Of a stretch of 64,000 nt of DNA, positions 49,694 to 61,005 are shown in pieces (within the stretch, counting starts at the first letter, position 1; each line of letters starts with the position of its first letter). Both the position numbers and the translations under genes were made by a program. The notes under the pieces were generated by a model. The model worked only from the letters and a program-made list of their open reading frames with translations, made no database searches and was not told the origin of the DNA. The DNA lies in the NCBI RefSeq assembly GCF_046119375.1, contig NW_027362764.1, forward strand, positions 156,426,001-156,490,000, in the 5' to 3' direction. Source of the stretch: Phyllobates terribilis. Lineage: Eukaryota.

Positions 49694-51200
49694 GTACCCC
49701 CCCCCTACGCCCCCTCTTCTTCAGGCCTGCCAGAATGTTCCGCAGGGAATTCGGGGGCCAATCCTTCACTTCAAGGAGATCACTTCCACTGTCCACAGGA
49801 AAAACTGGTCTCATCTGAGTAGCTAGGATGCTACCTCCTATCCAGCCATCCTCAGCAACAGACGAAACGGGTGGAGTACCAGGAACAGTACACAAGGAAG
49901 TCTCTCTCCACATATTTTCAGGTGGCACCCCAGAGGGTTCAGGAGACAACTGGAAGTCCTCCGCAAGGTTGGAGGGGTGCAGAGACTCGGGGGTAACCTC
50001 TGCTTCAGAGTACACTAGGTCGGACTCGCTGGAAGAAGCGGGTGAGGTATCAGGTACTGAGTATAGGAGAGTCCCTGTCCATTCGCTATCAGGTAGCACC
50101 CCAAAGGGTTCAGGAGACAACTGGAGGTCCTCCGCCTGGTCGGAGGGGTGTAGAGACTCGGGGATAACCTCTGCTTTGGAGTACACTAGGTTGGACTCAC
50201 TGGACGAAGCGGCCGAGGTATCAGGTACAGAGTATAGGGAAGACTCTGTCCATTTGCTACCAGGTAGCACCCTGAAGGGTTCTGGAGACAACTGGAGGTC
50301 CTCCGCCTGGTCGGTGGAGTGTAGAGACTCGGGGGTAGCTACCGCTTTAATGTACCCATTGACAAGCTCACAGGATGGAGCGGACGAAGTATCGGGTACC
50401 GGGTGTAGGGAAGTCTCTCTCCATTTGTCATCAAGTGGTATCCCGGAGGATTCAGGAGGTAAGAAGAGGTGCACAGACTCGGAGGTAATCACTGCTTCGG
50501 AGCACCCTTGGACAGGCTCACTGGTTAAAGTGGGTGAAGTATCAGATACCGGGTGCAGGCAGTCCTCCTGTGTGGATTCTGGGTGGGCAGTAGTCTCTTC
50601 GGGCAGGAGAACTGGTGCGCTACCCACGCACATTACCCGTCGGGGCTGCTCCGGGATACCAGAAAATGAAGCTTCAGCAGGAACCTCAAGGTTGGGATCA
50701 GGAGGTCTTTGGGAGGACAGACCCTGGCGTGACGGCTTGCCTCTACGCCTAGCACGTCTGGACTGCCTCTTGAGGTTGGGAGAAGTATTCCGGAGAGCGT
50801 AGTCATCCTGTGTGGATTCTGGGTGGGCAGTAGTCTCTTCGGGCAGGAGGACTAGTGCGCTACCCACACACATTACCCATCGGGGCTGCTCCGGGATTTT
50901 GGGAAGTGAAGCTTCAGCAGGGGTCTCCGGGTTAGGGTCATCGAAGACCATTAGAAAGGCCACCAGGAAGGCCTGAAGGTCCAGGAGGATAGGATCCTGT
51001 GTTTCCCATAGGGGGTTGATCCATTCCAAGGCATCACCCGCTAGGTTAGACATAATGAATCCCACCTTAACCCGATCGGTGGGAAAACAAAGAGGGTAGA
51101 ACTTGAAGTGTAGCAAGCATTGCTCCACAAATGCACGGCTTTGTTTTGGATCCCCATAATACCGTGGCGGATCCGCAGGAACGAGTGCTGATAGATCCAT
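49689..51200 (-). CDS. Half-Gag / acidic repeat / degenerate chromodomain fusion protein (~503 aa from ATG 51200)
   Basis: Stop-free frame 51269-49689; DPPRYYGDPKQSRAFVEQCLLHF...KVGFIMSNLAGDALEW; 80-aa and 57-aa period repeats. Confidence 0.75.
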   Translation of the reverse strand: MDLSALVPADPPRYYGDPKQSRAFVEQCLLHFKFYPLCFPTDRVKVGFIMSNLAGDALEWINPLWETQDPILLDLQAFLVAFLMVFDDPNPETPAEASLPKIPEQPRWVMCVGSALVLLPEETTAHPESTQDDYALRNTSPNLKRQSRRARRRGKPSRQGLSSQRPPDPNLEVPAEASFSGIPEQPRRVMCVGSAPVLLPEETTAHPESTQEDCLHPVSDTSPTLTSEPVQGCSEAVITSESVHLFLPPESSGIPLDDKWRETSLHPVPDTSSAPSCELVNGYIKAVATPESLHSTDQAEDLQLSPEPFRVLPGSKWTESSLYSVPDTSAASSSESNLVYSKAEVIPESLHPSDQAEDLQLSPEPFGVLPDSEWTGTLLYSVPDTSPASSSESDLVYSEAEVTPESLHPSNLAEDFQLSPEPSGVPPENMWRETSLCTVPGTPPVSSVAEDGWIGGSILATQMRPVFPVDSGSDLLEVKDWPPNSLRNILAGLKKRGRRGGVL

Positions 51201-51338
51201 CTGGACGGTTGCGTAATTCGCCTGGAACTCAGCTGGTAGCAAAAAAAAAAAAATTTCCTCTAGATGCACGTATTCGCTGGAAAAAGTCTCAGAGAGCGAA
51301 GGCCGTGGGGCTCAACGGGAACCATGGCCTGAGCATGC

Positions 51339-52880
51339 TGTAATGCACATGCCCGGGCTGAGTGGCGTGTGCGTGTGTATGTAGTGATTCCACTGTGCCA
51401 TGAACCGGAGAGTGCCTGGAGGGGCGTAACTAAGTATCTGCCTGATCCGACCAAGGTCGCACGACGCCATACGTCGGCAGTGCACCAGGGAGGAACCGGG
51501 CAGAGGGACCAGGTGCTACTCCAGGTCAGACCCCGGACACGGCTGTTGACCCACACCAGGGAATACTGGAACAGGCAGGTTAGGCTGGCACACCGACTGG
51601 TGAGTATAGGCAGACACGGCTGGAATACAGACGGGTGGATGCTGGTAAGCACGACTGGTATGCAGGCAGGGAGGTACTGGCAGGTACGACAGGCTGGAGC
51701 ACCGAGTTGGTAGGACCCAGTACAGACTGGGACTAAGGAACAGAACTGCAGACGCGGTGGACAAACAACAGGGTGAGGCCGCCCAGAGCGGCGAGCAAGA
51801 GCAGAACAAGACGAGACCGCCTGGAGCGGTGAGCGAGAGAAGAGCAGGACAAGGCCACTTGGAGCGGTGAGCGAGAGAGGAGCAGGACGAGACTGCCGAA
51901 GCAGTGAGCAAAGGGTCGGAGCAGAGCGAGACTGCCGGAGCAGCGAGCAAAGGGTCAGAGCAGAGCGAGACTGCCGGAGCAGCGAGCAAAGCGTCAGAGC
52001 AGAGCGAGACTGCCGGAGCAGCGAGCAAAGGGTCCGAGCGGAGCAGGACTGCCGGAGCAGTGAGCAAGGCAGAGCAGGGGGGACAGGGCTCTGTTCACAC
52101 GGAACAGCCAGGAAGGGAAAGGCAGAACCAGATACCCACAGGGTACTTGCAGTGAAGTAGCGAGTGGACCACAAACTCACAAACGGAAGTACAGTGACAA
52201 CGAGCAGGAGTTAGGTACGAGTTCAGACTCTGCAGAAAAAGGGAAGGTACGGATATAGAGAAAAACAGGAAACAGGCTAGGAGAGTATTCAGACAAGAAC
52301 AGACACAGCAGCAAGATACAGGAGCGGGTCTAGGTATGCGGCCCCTTGAAGGCGGAACGAACAGGCTAGGAGCGTGTTCAGACAGGAACAGGCAAGATAC
52401 AGGAACCGGTCTAGGTATGCGGCCCCTAGAAGGCGGAAAGAACAGGCTAGGAGCGTGTTCACACAGGCCTGGAAATACAGCCTCCAGGATAGGCAGAAGA
52501 CAACAGGCTAGAAGATAATACAGACAGGACACAGTTCAGACATGGGAACTGATACCGAAGGCAGGAAACATAAACGGGACCTGGCATATCAGTGACCAGA
52601 AGCCAACTGACAGAACACAATGCTCAGGCAGGGTTTCCTGGGAGGAGCTGGGTTAAATACCAGGTGACAGACAGCAATAGGCTGAGGACGCACAAGGGGT
52701 GTGCCCGCAGCAGGTACAAGAAACAGGAAGTGATCGAGCGCCGCCCTTAAGCAGCAGAAACAGAGGCAAGCAAACAGCATGGAGGGAAGCCAGGCTAGCA
52801 GACTGGACTGGAGATCAAGTGCGCGCTCTTGCACAGTGGGAGATGGACCACTATGCAAGGACGCCGCCAGGTATGTTACA
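51339..52880 (-). repeat. Element C 5' LTR (1542 bp) with 39-bp tandem repeats
   Basis: TGTAACATAC...GCATTACA; TATTTAA at 52659-52653; repeats at ~51780-52070. Confidence 0.92.
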
Positions 52881-54965
52881 CAGGATTCTTCTTCGTCAAG
52901 AAAAAGGACGGCTCTCCTCGCTCTTGTATTGATTATATGGGTCTAAATCAAATCACAGTCAAGAACAAGTATCCTCTGCCCCTCATCTCCGAGCTGTTTG
53001 ATCGCCTCAAAGTTGCAAAGATCTTCACTAAGCTCGATCTTCGTGGCGCATACAAACTTATCTGGATTTGCCAGGGAGATGAGTGAAAGGAGTCATTCAA
53101 CACTAGGGAAGGCAACTATGAGTACCGCGTGATGCCCTTCGGACTCTGCAATGCACCAGCAGTCTTCCTGGAACCAGTGAATGACATCTTCCGATATCTT
53201 CTATAATCCTGTGTGGTAGTGTACCTGGACGATATCCTGGTGTTCTCTTCTGATCTGCCCTCACATCAAAGAGACGTACAACAGGTATTGCAGAGGCTCA
53301 GGAAGAATCGTCTGTATGCCAAATTCGAGAATTGCGTTTTGGAACAGACTTCACTCCCATTCCTTGGATACATAATCTTGGAGACCGAGCTTAAGATGGA
53401 CCCTGAAAAAGTGGCTGTAGCTCTTAAATGACCCCGACCTGAGGGGTTGAAGGTTACTCAGCGGTTTCTGGGATTTGTTTATTATTACCGCCTGTTCAGT
53501 CCTCATTTTTCCTCCCGGACTGCTCCCATCTCTGCCCTGACCTGCAAAGGTGTGAATCCCAAGGAATGGACCCCCGAAGCGGAAAGTGCCTTTGTGTCCT
53601 TGAAACAAGACTTCTCTTCAGCTCCGGTACAACATCGTCCTGACTGTAACAAGCAGGTCTTCCTAGAGGTTGATGCCTCTTCCTCTGGGGCTGGAGCAGT
53701 TCTCACCCAGAAATCCTTGTCTGGGCGAATGGTGACCTGCGGCTTCTTTTCCAAGCTCTTCTCTCCTTTGGAGCGCAATTATTCCTTTGGAGATCAAAAA
53801 CTGCTTGCCATCAAACTGACACTGGAGATGTGGCGGCTTTTGCTGGAGGGGGCCTTGCATCCGGTGGTCGTCTACATGGACCACAAAAGTCTCGCCTACT
53901 TGCAGTCCACCCAACGACTCAATCCTAGTCAGGCCAGATGCTCTTTGTTCTTTGCCTGCTTCAATTTCTCTCTTCACTTCCATCCAGCAGACAAGAATAT
54001 TGAGGCAGATGCGCTCTCCCAATCATTCCTGTCCACTGATCAAGAGGAGGAGCCTCAGCACATCATTGAGCCCTCCAGAATAATGACTGTCGCCCCATTT
54101 GACCTGTCTCATTTTCCTCCTGGTAAGACCTTTGTGGCGGCACCGGATAAGAAAAGGGTCTTGTTCTGGGGTCGTTCGTCTAAACTGGCAGGTCATGCTG
54201 GTGAAAGGAAGACGCTTCTGCTAATTTCCCAACATTACTAGTGGCCGACCCTGCGCAAGGAGGTTGCGGATTTTGTCTCGGCTTGCTCTTCCTGTGCCCA
54301 AAACAAGACGCCGAGACCACTTCTGACTGGTTAACTTCTTCATCTACCCATGCCTTCCGCTCTGTGGCAAAATATTGCGATGGATTTCATCACAGATCTT
54401 CCTGTATCGGCCGGTTGTATAGTCATTTGGGTGATCGCTGACCTCTTCTCCAAGATTGCCCATCTCATTCCCTTGCCGAGTCTTCCTTCTGCTCCAGTGC
54501 TAGCTAAAGATTTCATCCTTCACATCTTCCATCTCCACGGCCCACCTCCTACCTTTTATATCATCTCAGATAGAGGACTTCAATTTACCTCACGCTTCTG
54601 GAGAGCCACGTGCAAGCTGCTGAATGTCGCTCTGGACTTCTCATCGGCCTATCATCCACAGCCAATGGCCAGGTTGAGCATATCAATGAGATCCTCACTA
54701 GCTTCATTCGGCACTTTGTCAACGTTCACCATAGCGACTGGGTGGAGCTTCTGCCTTGGGCCGAATTTTCCTACAATAACCACGTGAGTGAATCCTCAGC
54801 CAAATCGCCGTTCTTTGTGGTGTACGGTCAGCACCCCAATATTCCGTTTCCTGCCTCTACTTCCGTTGACAATCTTGCTGCAGAGTCTCTCATCAAAGAC
54901 TTTTCTGTGATTTGGGAGGATACTAAATCTACGCTGCTGCAGTCCTCTGAGCGAATGAAGAGACA
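52881..54965 (+). pseudogene. pol: Tf1/sushi element D, RT-RNaseH-integrase remnant
   Basis: [11 protein letters not shown]; YLDD; FLEVDAS; MDFITDLP; SDRG. Multiple stops and frameshifts. Confidence 0.92.
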
Positions 54966-54967
54966 CG

Positions 54968-55370
54968 GACCCGTAACAGTTTGCACAGGCCATGGAATTC
55001 AGTGGTTCCCAGGCTCCCTCGCTCTCTGACCTGTACCAAGCGGTCTCCCACCAGAGAGCTCAACAGGATACAATCCTGTCCTACCTATGGACTGTAAACT
55101 CCCGCTTGGATGCACTGTCCACCCCGGCTGTGGCCGCGTCTAACTAAGTGACCGCTCCGGCGGCACCTCCACTCAGTAGCGGTGTGGCACCCAGCTTTGG
55201 ACCCTGACTATCGGCTCCTCCACACTTTGGCGGTGGTCTATGTCGGGGCTTCATCAACCAGTGCACACTGCACTTTGTGCTCTTGGCTCATCAGTTCACT
55301 TCTGACCGGGCTAAAGTGTCATTCGTCATGTCTCATCTCACCGGAGAGGTGTTGGCTTGGCTCAATCAAC
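54968..55370 (+). mobile_element. LTR tip, PBS region and gag start of an element-A-like copy
   Basis: GGACCCGTAACAGTTTGCACAGGCCATGGAA is identical to 18252-18282 and is followed by decayed gag. Confidence 0.85.
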
Positions 55371-56507
55371 AACAGTAACAACAGTAGAGTTTCGGGCATG
55401 ATATTGATTATGTTCTACACGTATATCCTGCTAAGCACATCCAAAGTGTATTTTTGCTCAACAGTCTTCTCATAATGGATCCTTTGCATTGTACATTTGC
55501 ACATGACCAGCTGTCATTTTCATTTTGGCAAGTTGTACTTATTAAAGTAATATGTGGATGAATTTATTCTTAAACTTTGTAATAAATTAGATATAATCCC
55601 AGGAGTTTAATTCAATCTGCATATCTGGTGGAAACATTATTTTCCAAAAATGATCCTATTATTATTATTACTACCCCTATAATGTGCTTAAAAGGGAGAA
55701 AAATAACAAATTGCTATGCTGATGAGCGCATGATTTGGGCATGTCTGTAATAAAACATATACATCTTCATTTCTAAAATGAAACACAATACCCAAGTTTT
55801 ATTCTTGCTTGGAAACAGCAATACATTGTTCCTGGAAGTCTAAGCCATTTAATGCTTTAGGAAATTAAGCCAATTAAAGAGCTTATTCAGTTTCTTTGTC
55901 CGCAGAGAGTACATCTGTTGTCTTGCTTATAGTGTATGTGGCATGACTTTTGGAAAAAGAAGGTTTTGAATTGTATTTTAAGACTTAAAGGATAGAAATT
56001 ATATAATAATATGTAAATGTAAATATAGAGAGATTATTTTATTGTTATTTCAGCTGAGATTTTATAACATAAGAGGCCATTGGATTGTTCTCTAATTTCA
56101 TAGCAGCTTTTATATTTATGGCATCACATCACAAGTGTCTCATAGAAGAAACTGACCTTTGTATCTATAGCAACCGCTTGGCAATGTGCCCCCCCACCAA
56201 TCTCCTAACATTTTACGTGGGGTGTCACAAGATTGCTGCAGTTAATCATCAGCCGCTGATTGACTGCAGCCATCACATTTAATCTGAACAGGAAAAGAGG
56301 GTTATTTTTCTTGGCGGAGAAGTGGCACCGAAACAGGAGGTACGTTTTTTAATTTTTCTCTATTTTATATCTTATGAGACCCTTGGCCTGTTAAGTTTAA
56401 CCTTTAAACTCTTGCTGGTGTAAGAACGCAATAAAGTAATAGTTCCACAGCAGGCATCTGCATTTAACAGCAGTAAATGGAGTTATCTCTGATCGCTGCT
56501 TATTAAC

Positions 56508-56538
<31 letters not shown>

Positions 56539-56772
56539 TAAATGAGATCAGGTGGTGACTATGGGTTGCCATGGCAGCCAGTGGCCTTCTGAACACCTCC
56601 TTGGCTACCATATTAATCTTCCTATGAAGCCCAACCTGAGGCTCGGCTTCATAGGAGAACATCATTTTGATTCTATACCGCAATGTAGTATTGCTGTATG
56701 TAGAACAAGTGATCAAATAAACAGTCACAGGTTGAATCGTCAGTGGAAACTAAAAAATAAAGGCTAACTTTC

Positions 56773-56814
<42 letters not shown>

Positions 56815-57049
56815 GACTCGCCCCCTGGGCCGTGGGGCACTCGGATCCGGGCAATAGGGGGAACGATGGGAGTAGTAGTGGCAACCCGGTTCCGTGGCTC
56901 AGGGTGGTCAGGCCAGTGGTAGTCCGTTATGTGTTATTAATTATGTCCGACTACACCACCCGTGGATTGCGGTTATTAGGAACCGCCGCTGCATGCAGAC
57001 CGCTGGGGCTGATGAGGTGTGCAGCTAGGGTAGTGTGACTCCCCACGGG

Positions 57050-58452
57050 AAGAGTCTCGAAGTTTCGGTGCCCTAGACAGCATTCCATCAGCCGCTGGAA
57101 GGTCCCTGGTGCGTTGCAGAGCCCGAAGGGCATACAGTTGAATTCACTCAGTCCCATCGGGGTGGTGAAGGCGGTCTTCTCCTTGTCAGCCTCTGCCACA
57201 GGAACCTGCCAGTACCCGCTAGTAAGGTCCAAAGTAGAAAAGAAGTTAGCTGATTTTAGTGCGGCTAAAGACTCCTCTATTCTAGGCAGCGGGTATGCGT
57301 CTTTGTGGGTGATACGGTTGATTTGTCTATAGTCCACGCACATTCTCATGGTGCCGTCTTTCTTTTTGACCAGAACCAAGGGGGCTGCCCAGGGGCTACA
57401 GCTGTCTCTAATGACCCCAGCTTCCTTCATCTCTCTTAGCATGCCCTTTGCGTTCTGATAATGTGCAGGGGGTACAGGTCGGTGTCTTTCCTTTATCGGT
57501 GGGTGGCTCCCTGTGGGGATGTGGTGTTCTATCCACGTGGAGTCAGCACCCACGTGGAGTTTCTGGCACCAGTCCTCCTTTTGTTTCTGGGAGCCATTAC
57601 CCTCCGACTGAGGAGATGGAGGCAAGGGTTCCACGGCCCTGATAGCTTGGTGTTCGACAACAAACAGTTTGGCGAGTGTAGCGTACCTGGGTAAGTGTAC
57701 TTCCCTCTCCCCAATGTTGAGGATGCGGACGGGCACCCTCCCATGACGGACATCAACCACCCCCCGGGCTGTCAAAATGGTGGGCCTGCTGTCTGAGTAC
57801 ACGGGTTCTACCATGGCTTGGTAGTCTCTACCTCTCAACCCGATTGCAGTCCGACACCAGATCATCATTTCACTTTTGGGAGCCATGGAAATGGGGAATG
57901 GATCACTGAGTCTTACGCTACCGATCTCACCACCAGACAGTTCTACCTGCTGCCGTCTCATCAGGGCTTTTATCTCCTTGTTGAGGACTCTCTTTTGGCT
58001 GGAACTAGCATTCACCGCCACCTGTTGTAGAATTACAATTACCTCTGAAAGACAATTTTCAATTATGTTAGTACCCACAGTTATTTTAGGGTGACTTTCA
58101 TGACGGTCAATGTCCACAATAATCACTCCCTGTGCGGCAGTTCAACTTTACCAATTTTTATGGTCATCTCCTTGAACCCCATCTGTGGCACGGGTAAGCC
58201 ATTACTGGCGATGATGCTCAAGTTACTGTCTGGATACCGTGTGATATCAACATCAGTCCAATACTGCTTAAAAAGTACATAAGGGATTGTGGTTACTTGC
58301 GACCCAGTATCCAGCAAGGCGCTCATGGGGATACCGTCCAGCACCACGGGTAAAACCGGGCGCCCCCCAACGTACTTATCGCGCCAATTATAAGGGCCTG
58401 GTGATCTTATGCCTGGGGGTCGGCCCTCTGCCCCAGGTTGGACCCGTTTAAA
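57050..58452 (-). pseudogene. pol: Element E protease and N-terminal RT
   Basis: LLDTGSQ; SPWAAPLVLVKKKDG; [15 protein letters not shown]; ends at NFET before YLDD. Confidence 0.9.
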
Positions 58453-59400
58453 TTACAGTACCTGGAAATGTGTCCGGGCTGGTTGCATCGACGGCAAATG
58501 GGCTGTCCATCCTCTGCGTAGCGGTCTGTGGGCCTCCCTCGGAACGACGGGATCCTCCTCTGTCGACGCCACGGGACATCCTCCAGACTTGAAGCCAGCT
58601 CGATGGGTCTTGACGGGTCCACTTGCAACGCCTGGACGGTCCTGGTCAACGCCGCGACGCTCCTGGTCAGCTCCTGGACTTGGTGGTGCAGGCCTTTCGA
58701 CGGGGCTTGGTTCAGGGCCTGTGCATCAGCCTCCACGGAGTCCATAGAGGAGGGCGCCGCCTCCTGGTGGTAGGTGATAGCAGGGCGCCGGGGGTTTATA
58801 GCGCCACTGGTTGCAGATTCACGGAGCACCCTTATGGCCCTGTCCTTAAATTGGGCAAAGGTCAGGTCGGGGTTCTGGAAGGACATGAGGCGCAGCTGGG
58901 CCCTGTGGGCGCTGGACAGCAGACCCTCTATGAATTGTTCTGTTAGCAGCTTATCGGTTTCCTGCACACTGCCAGGGTCAGTTTGTTGAATAGCCCTCAA
59001 GGCTTCCTGTAAATTTAAGGCATAGTCTCTGATGCTGTCCTGTGCCCGCTGCTTACATCCATAGAACCTCATTTTAATCTCAGCGGAGGTACGTGTATCA
59101 AAGGTACCCCGCAGCCGGGCCAGAATACCCTTCACAGTCCCTTTTCTTCTCAATGGGCCATGATTTTACCTCCCTTTGGGCTGCGCCAGTTAACTGCCCT
59201 GTCAATATGCTGACCTTCTGTTCCTCTGTCAGGGGGTAAACCTGGAACAAACTGTATAGCCTTTCCTTGAAGTCAGTTAGGGCATGGGGCTCCCCTGAGT
59301 ACTTGGGCAGCCAGGCCGCTCCAGGGATGTAGGGCAAGGAAAAGGGCATCACCGCTGCTGCAGCTGCGTTGGTGGTAGTGGGCGCCTCTGTGTCCGACAT
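58407..59400 (-). pseudogene. gag: Element E Gag with CCHC knuckle, one frameshift (~59150)
   Basis: LPKYSGE; CRRCNQPGHISRYC; T TTA AAC heptamer at 58452-58446. Confidence 0.88.
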
Positions 59401-59828
59401 CTTCCTCCCCCCTAGTTAAGCGTGGCCTACCTTCCGACGATCCTCTTCTGTAGGCCGCGGCTCCGCTGCTGCTGCTATGGATGAGGACCTGGCGTCGCGT
59501 CCTGATGACGTCAGCGTCGCTCTCTCTCCCTTCCAGGACCTGGCGCAGCGTCTGTGCGTGGGGCGGAGCTTCAGATCTCGCGCGGTTTTGACGTCCACGC
59601 CCCTCTTCTTCCCGCGCGGCGTCCTGAAGATGGCCTCCGATGGCGGGAAGCAGCTGTGGATGGCGGGAAGACGGCAGAAGACAGCGGGAAACGGTCCAAG
59701 ATGGCGTCTGATGGCGGGAATCGGCTCCGGATGGCGGGAAACGACTCCGGACGGCGGGAAACTTCGCCACAGGTAAGTTTACAAAAGTCTTTTTCAGGCA
59801 CGCAGTACCCGGTGGTTGCGGGCACGAA

Positions 59829-59846
59829 ATCCTGCCGACTACGCCA
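59829..59846 (-). promoter_or_regulatory. tRNA-Ser primer-binding site of element E
   Basis: The same 18-mer as 8027-8044, on the minus strand. Confidence 0.92.
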
Positions 59847-60870
59847 AAGCTGACTCGCCCCCTGGGCCGTGGGGCACTCGGATCCGGGCAATAGGGGGAA
59901 CGATGGGAGTAGTAGTGGCAACCCGGTTCCGTGGCTCAGGGTGGTCAGGCCAGTGGTAGTCCGTTATGTGTTATTAATTATGTCCGACTACGCCACCCGT
60001 GGATTGCGGTTATTAGGAACCGCCGCTGCATGCAGACCGCTGGGGCTGATGAGGTGTGCAGCTAGGGTAGTGTGACTCCCCACGGGAAGAGTGCGGCCCC
60101 AGGGCAGTATAGTGGATGGTGGGAGTGATGGTAGTGAGAGTCCCAGTGCTGGTAGTGCTGGAGGAGCAAGGAGCACACAGACAACAGGTTGCAGTCCAGG
60201 GTCTTTACTTGAACAGGTAAACTGACCCACAAACAGTCCCGGCTAGGAGGGGACCTGGATGTCTGAGAGCAACGGGGAAATTGGCCGTGGTCAGGGTGAG
60301 GGTGTAGGCCTACCGTGCTTTCTGCGCTCCTTCTGGCTATCCCCTCCTTATAGAGTAACAGCCCACGTTTCCGAGCTTCCGTGCTTTCTCGCCTGTATGG
60401 CCTGCGACGTGGGTTCCTTTCTGCTCCCAGCCTTATATGGCTTCACTGGTCCCTTCGGTTGTGGCAGGGCCTCCAGGCTTCTTAGGCCAAGGAATGTACA
60501 GTCCCTTGCGGACTGGTTCTCTGCTGGGGGATGTAGAATCCTTCCAGCCTCAGACACCAAAGTCTGGTAAAGTAAGTCTTTATCTGCCAAGACAGGCTCT
60601 CCTCGCCTCTTGTCTCTGGCTTGTGGCTCTCTCCTACTGCCACACTTCCTCTTAGGTGCAATCAACTTTCTGTCCCTGCTCCACTCTGGGACACGTCTCA
60701 GAGCTGAGACAGGCAATCCAGTTCTCCCTAACCCTGTCCCCAGTACCAGCTTTTATAGGGGCAGCCTGCTCCCCCTACTGGCCTGAGACAGGAGGCATTG
60801 CATGCTAATGTTCCCCTGACCAGAGAACCTCCCCCCTGCTCTCAGACACAGCTTTAATTACACTTGTGGC

Positions 60871-61005
60871 NNNNNNNNNNNNNNNNNNNNNNNNNNNNNN
60901 NNNNNNNNNNNNNNNNNNNNNNNNNNNNNNNNNNNNNNNNNNNNNNNNNNNNNNNNNNNNNNNNNNNNNNNNNNNNNNNNNNNNNNNNNNNNNNNNNNNN
61001 NNNNN
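60871..61005. other. Assembly gap (135 N)
   Basis: Run of n. Confidence 1.

Larger units (their letters stand above)
48772..52880 (-). mobile_element. Non-autonomous Tf1/sushi-derived LTR element C
   Basis: 5' LTR 52880-51339; 3' LTR 49693-48772 (truncated); PPT 49694-49720; a 1645-bp interior with no PR/RT/RH/IN core. Confidence 0.92.
56814..60862 (-). mobile_element. Ty3/Gypsy element E, tRNA-Ser primed, internally deleted
   Basis: LTR at 59851-~60862 (start uncertain, next to the gap); PBS; gag; PR; partial RT joined to the last ~240 bp of the 3' LTR (56814-57055); inserted in (TA)n. Confidence 0.9.

Noticed and set aside
49828-50802. 324-aa plus-strand ORF antisense to element C's ORF
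   Set aside because: Most simply a shadow frame of the triplet-period repeats; no independent homology or promoter seen.
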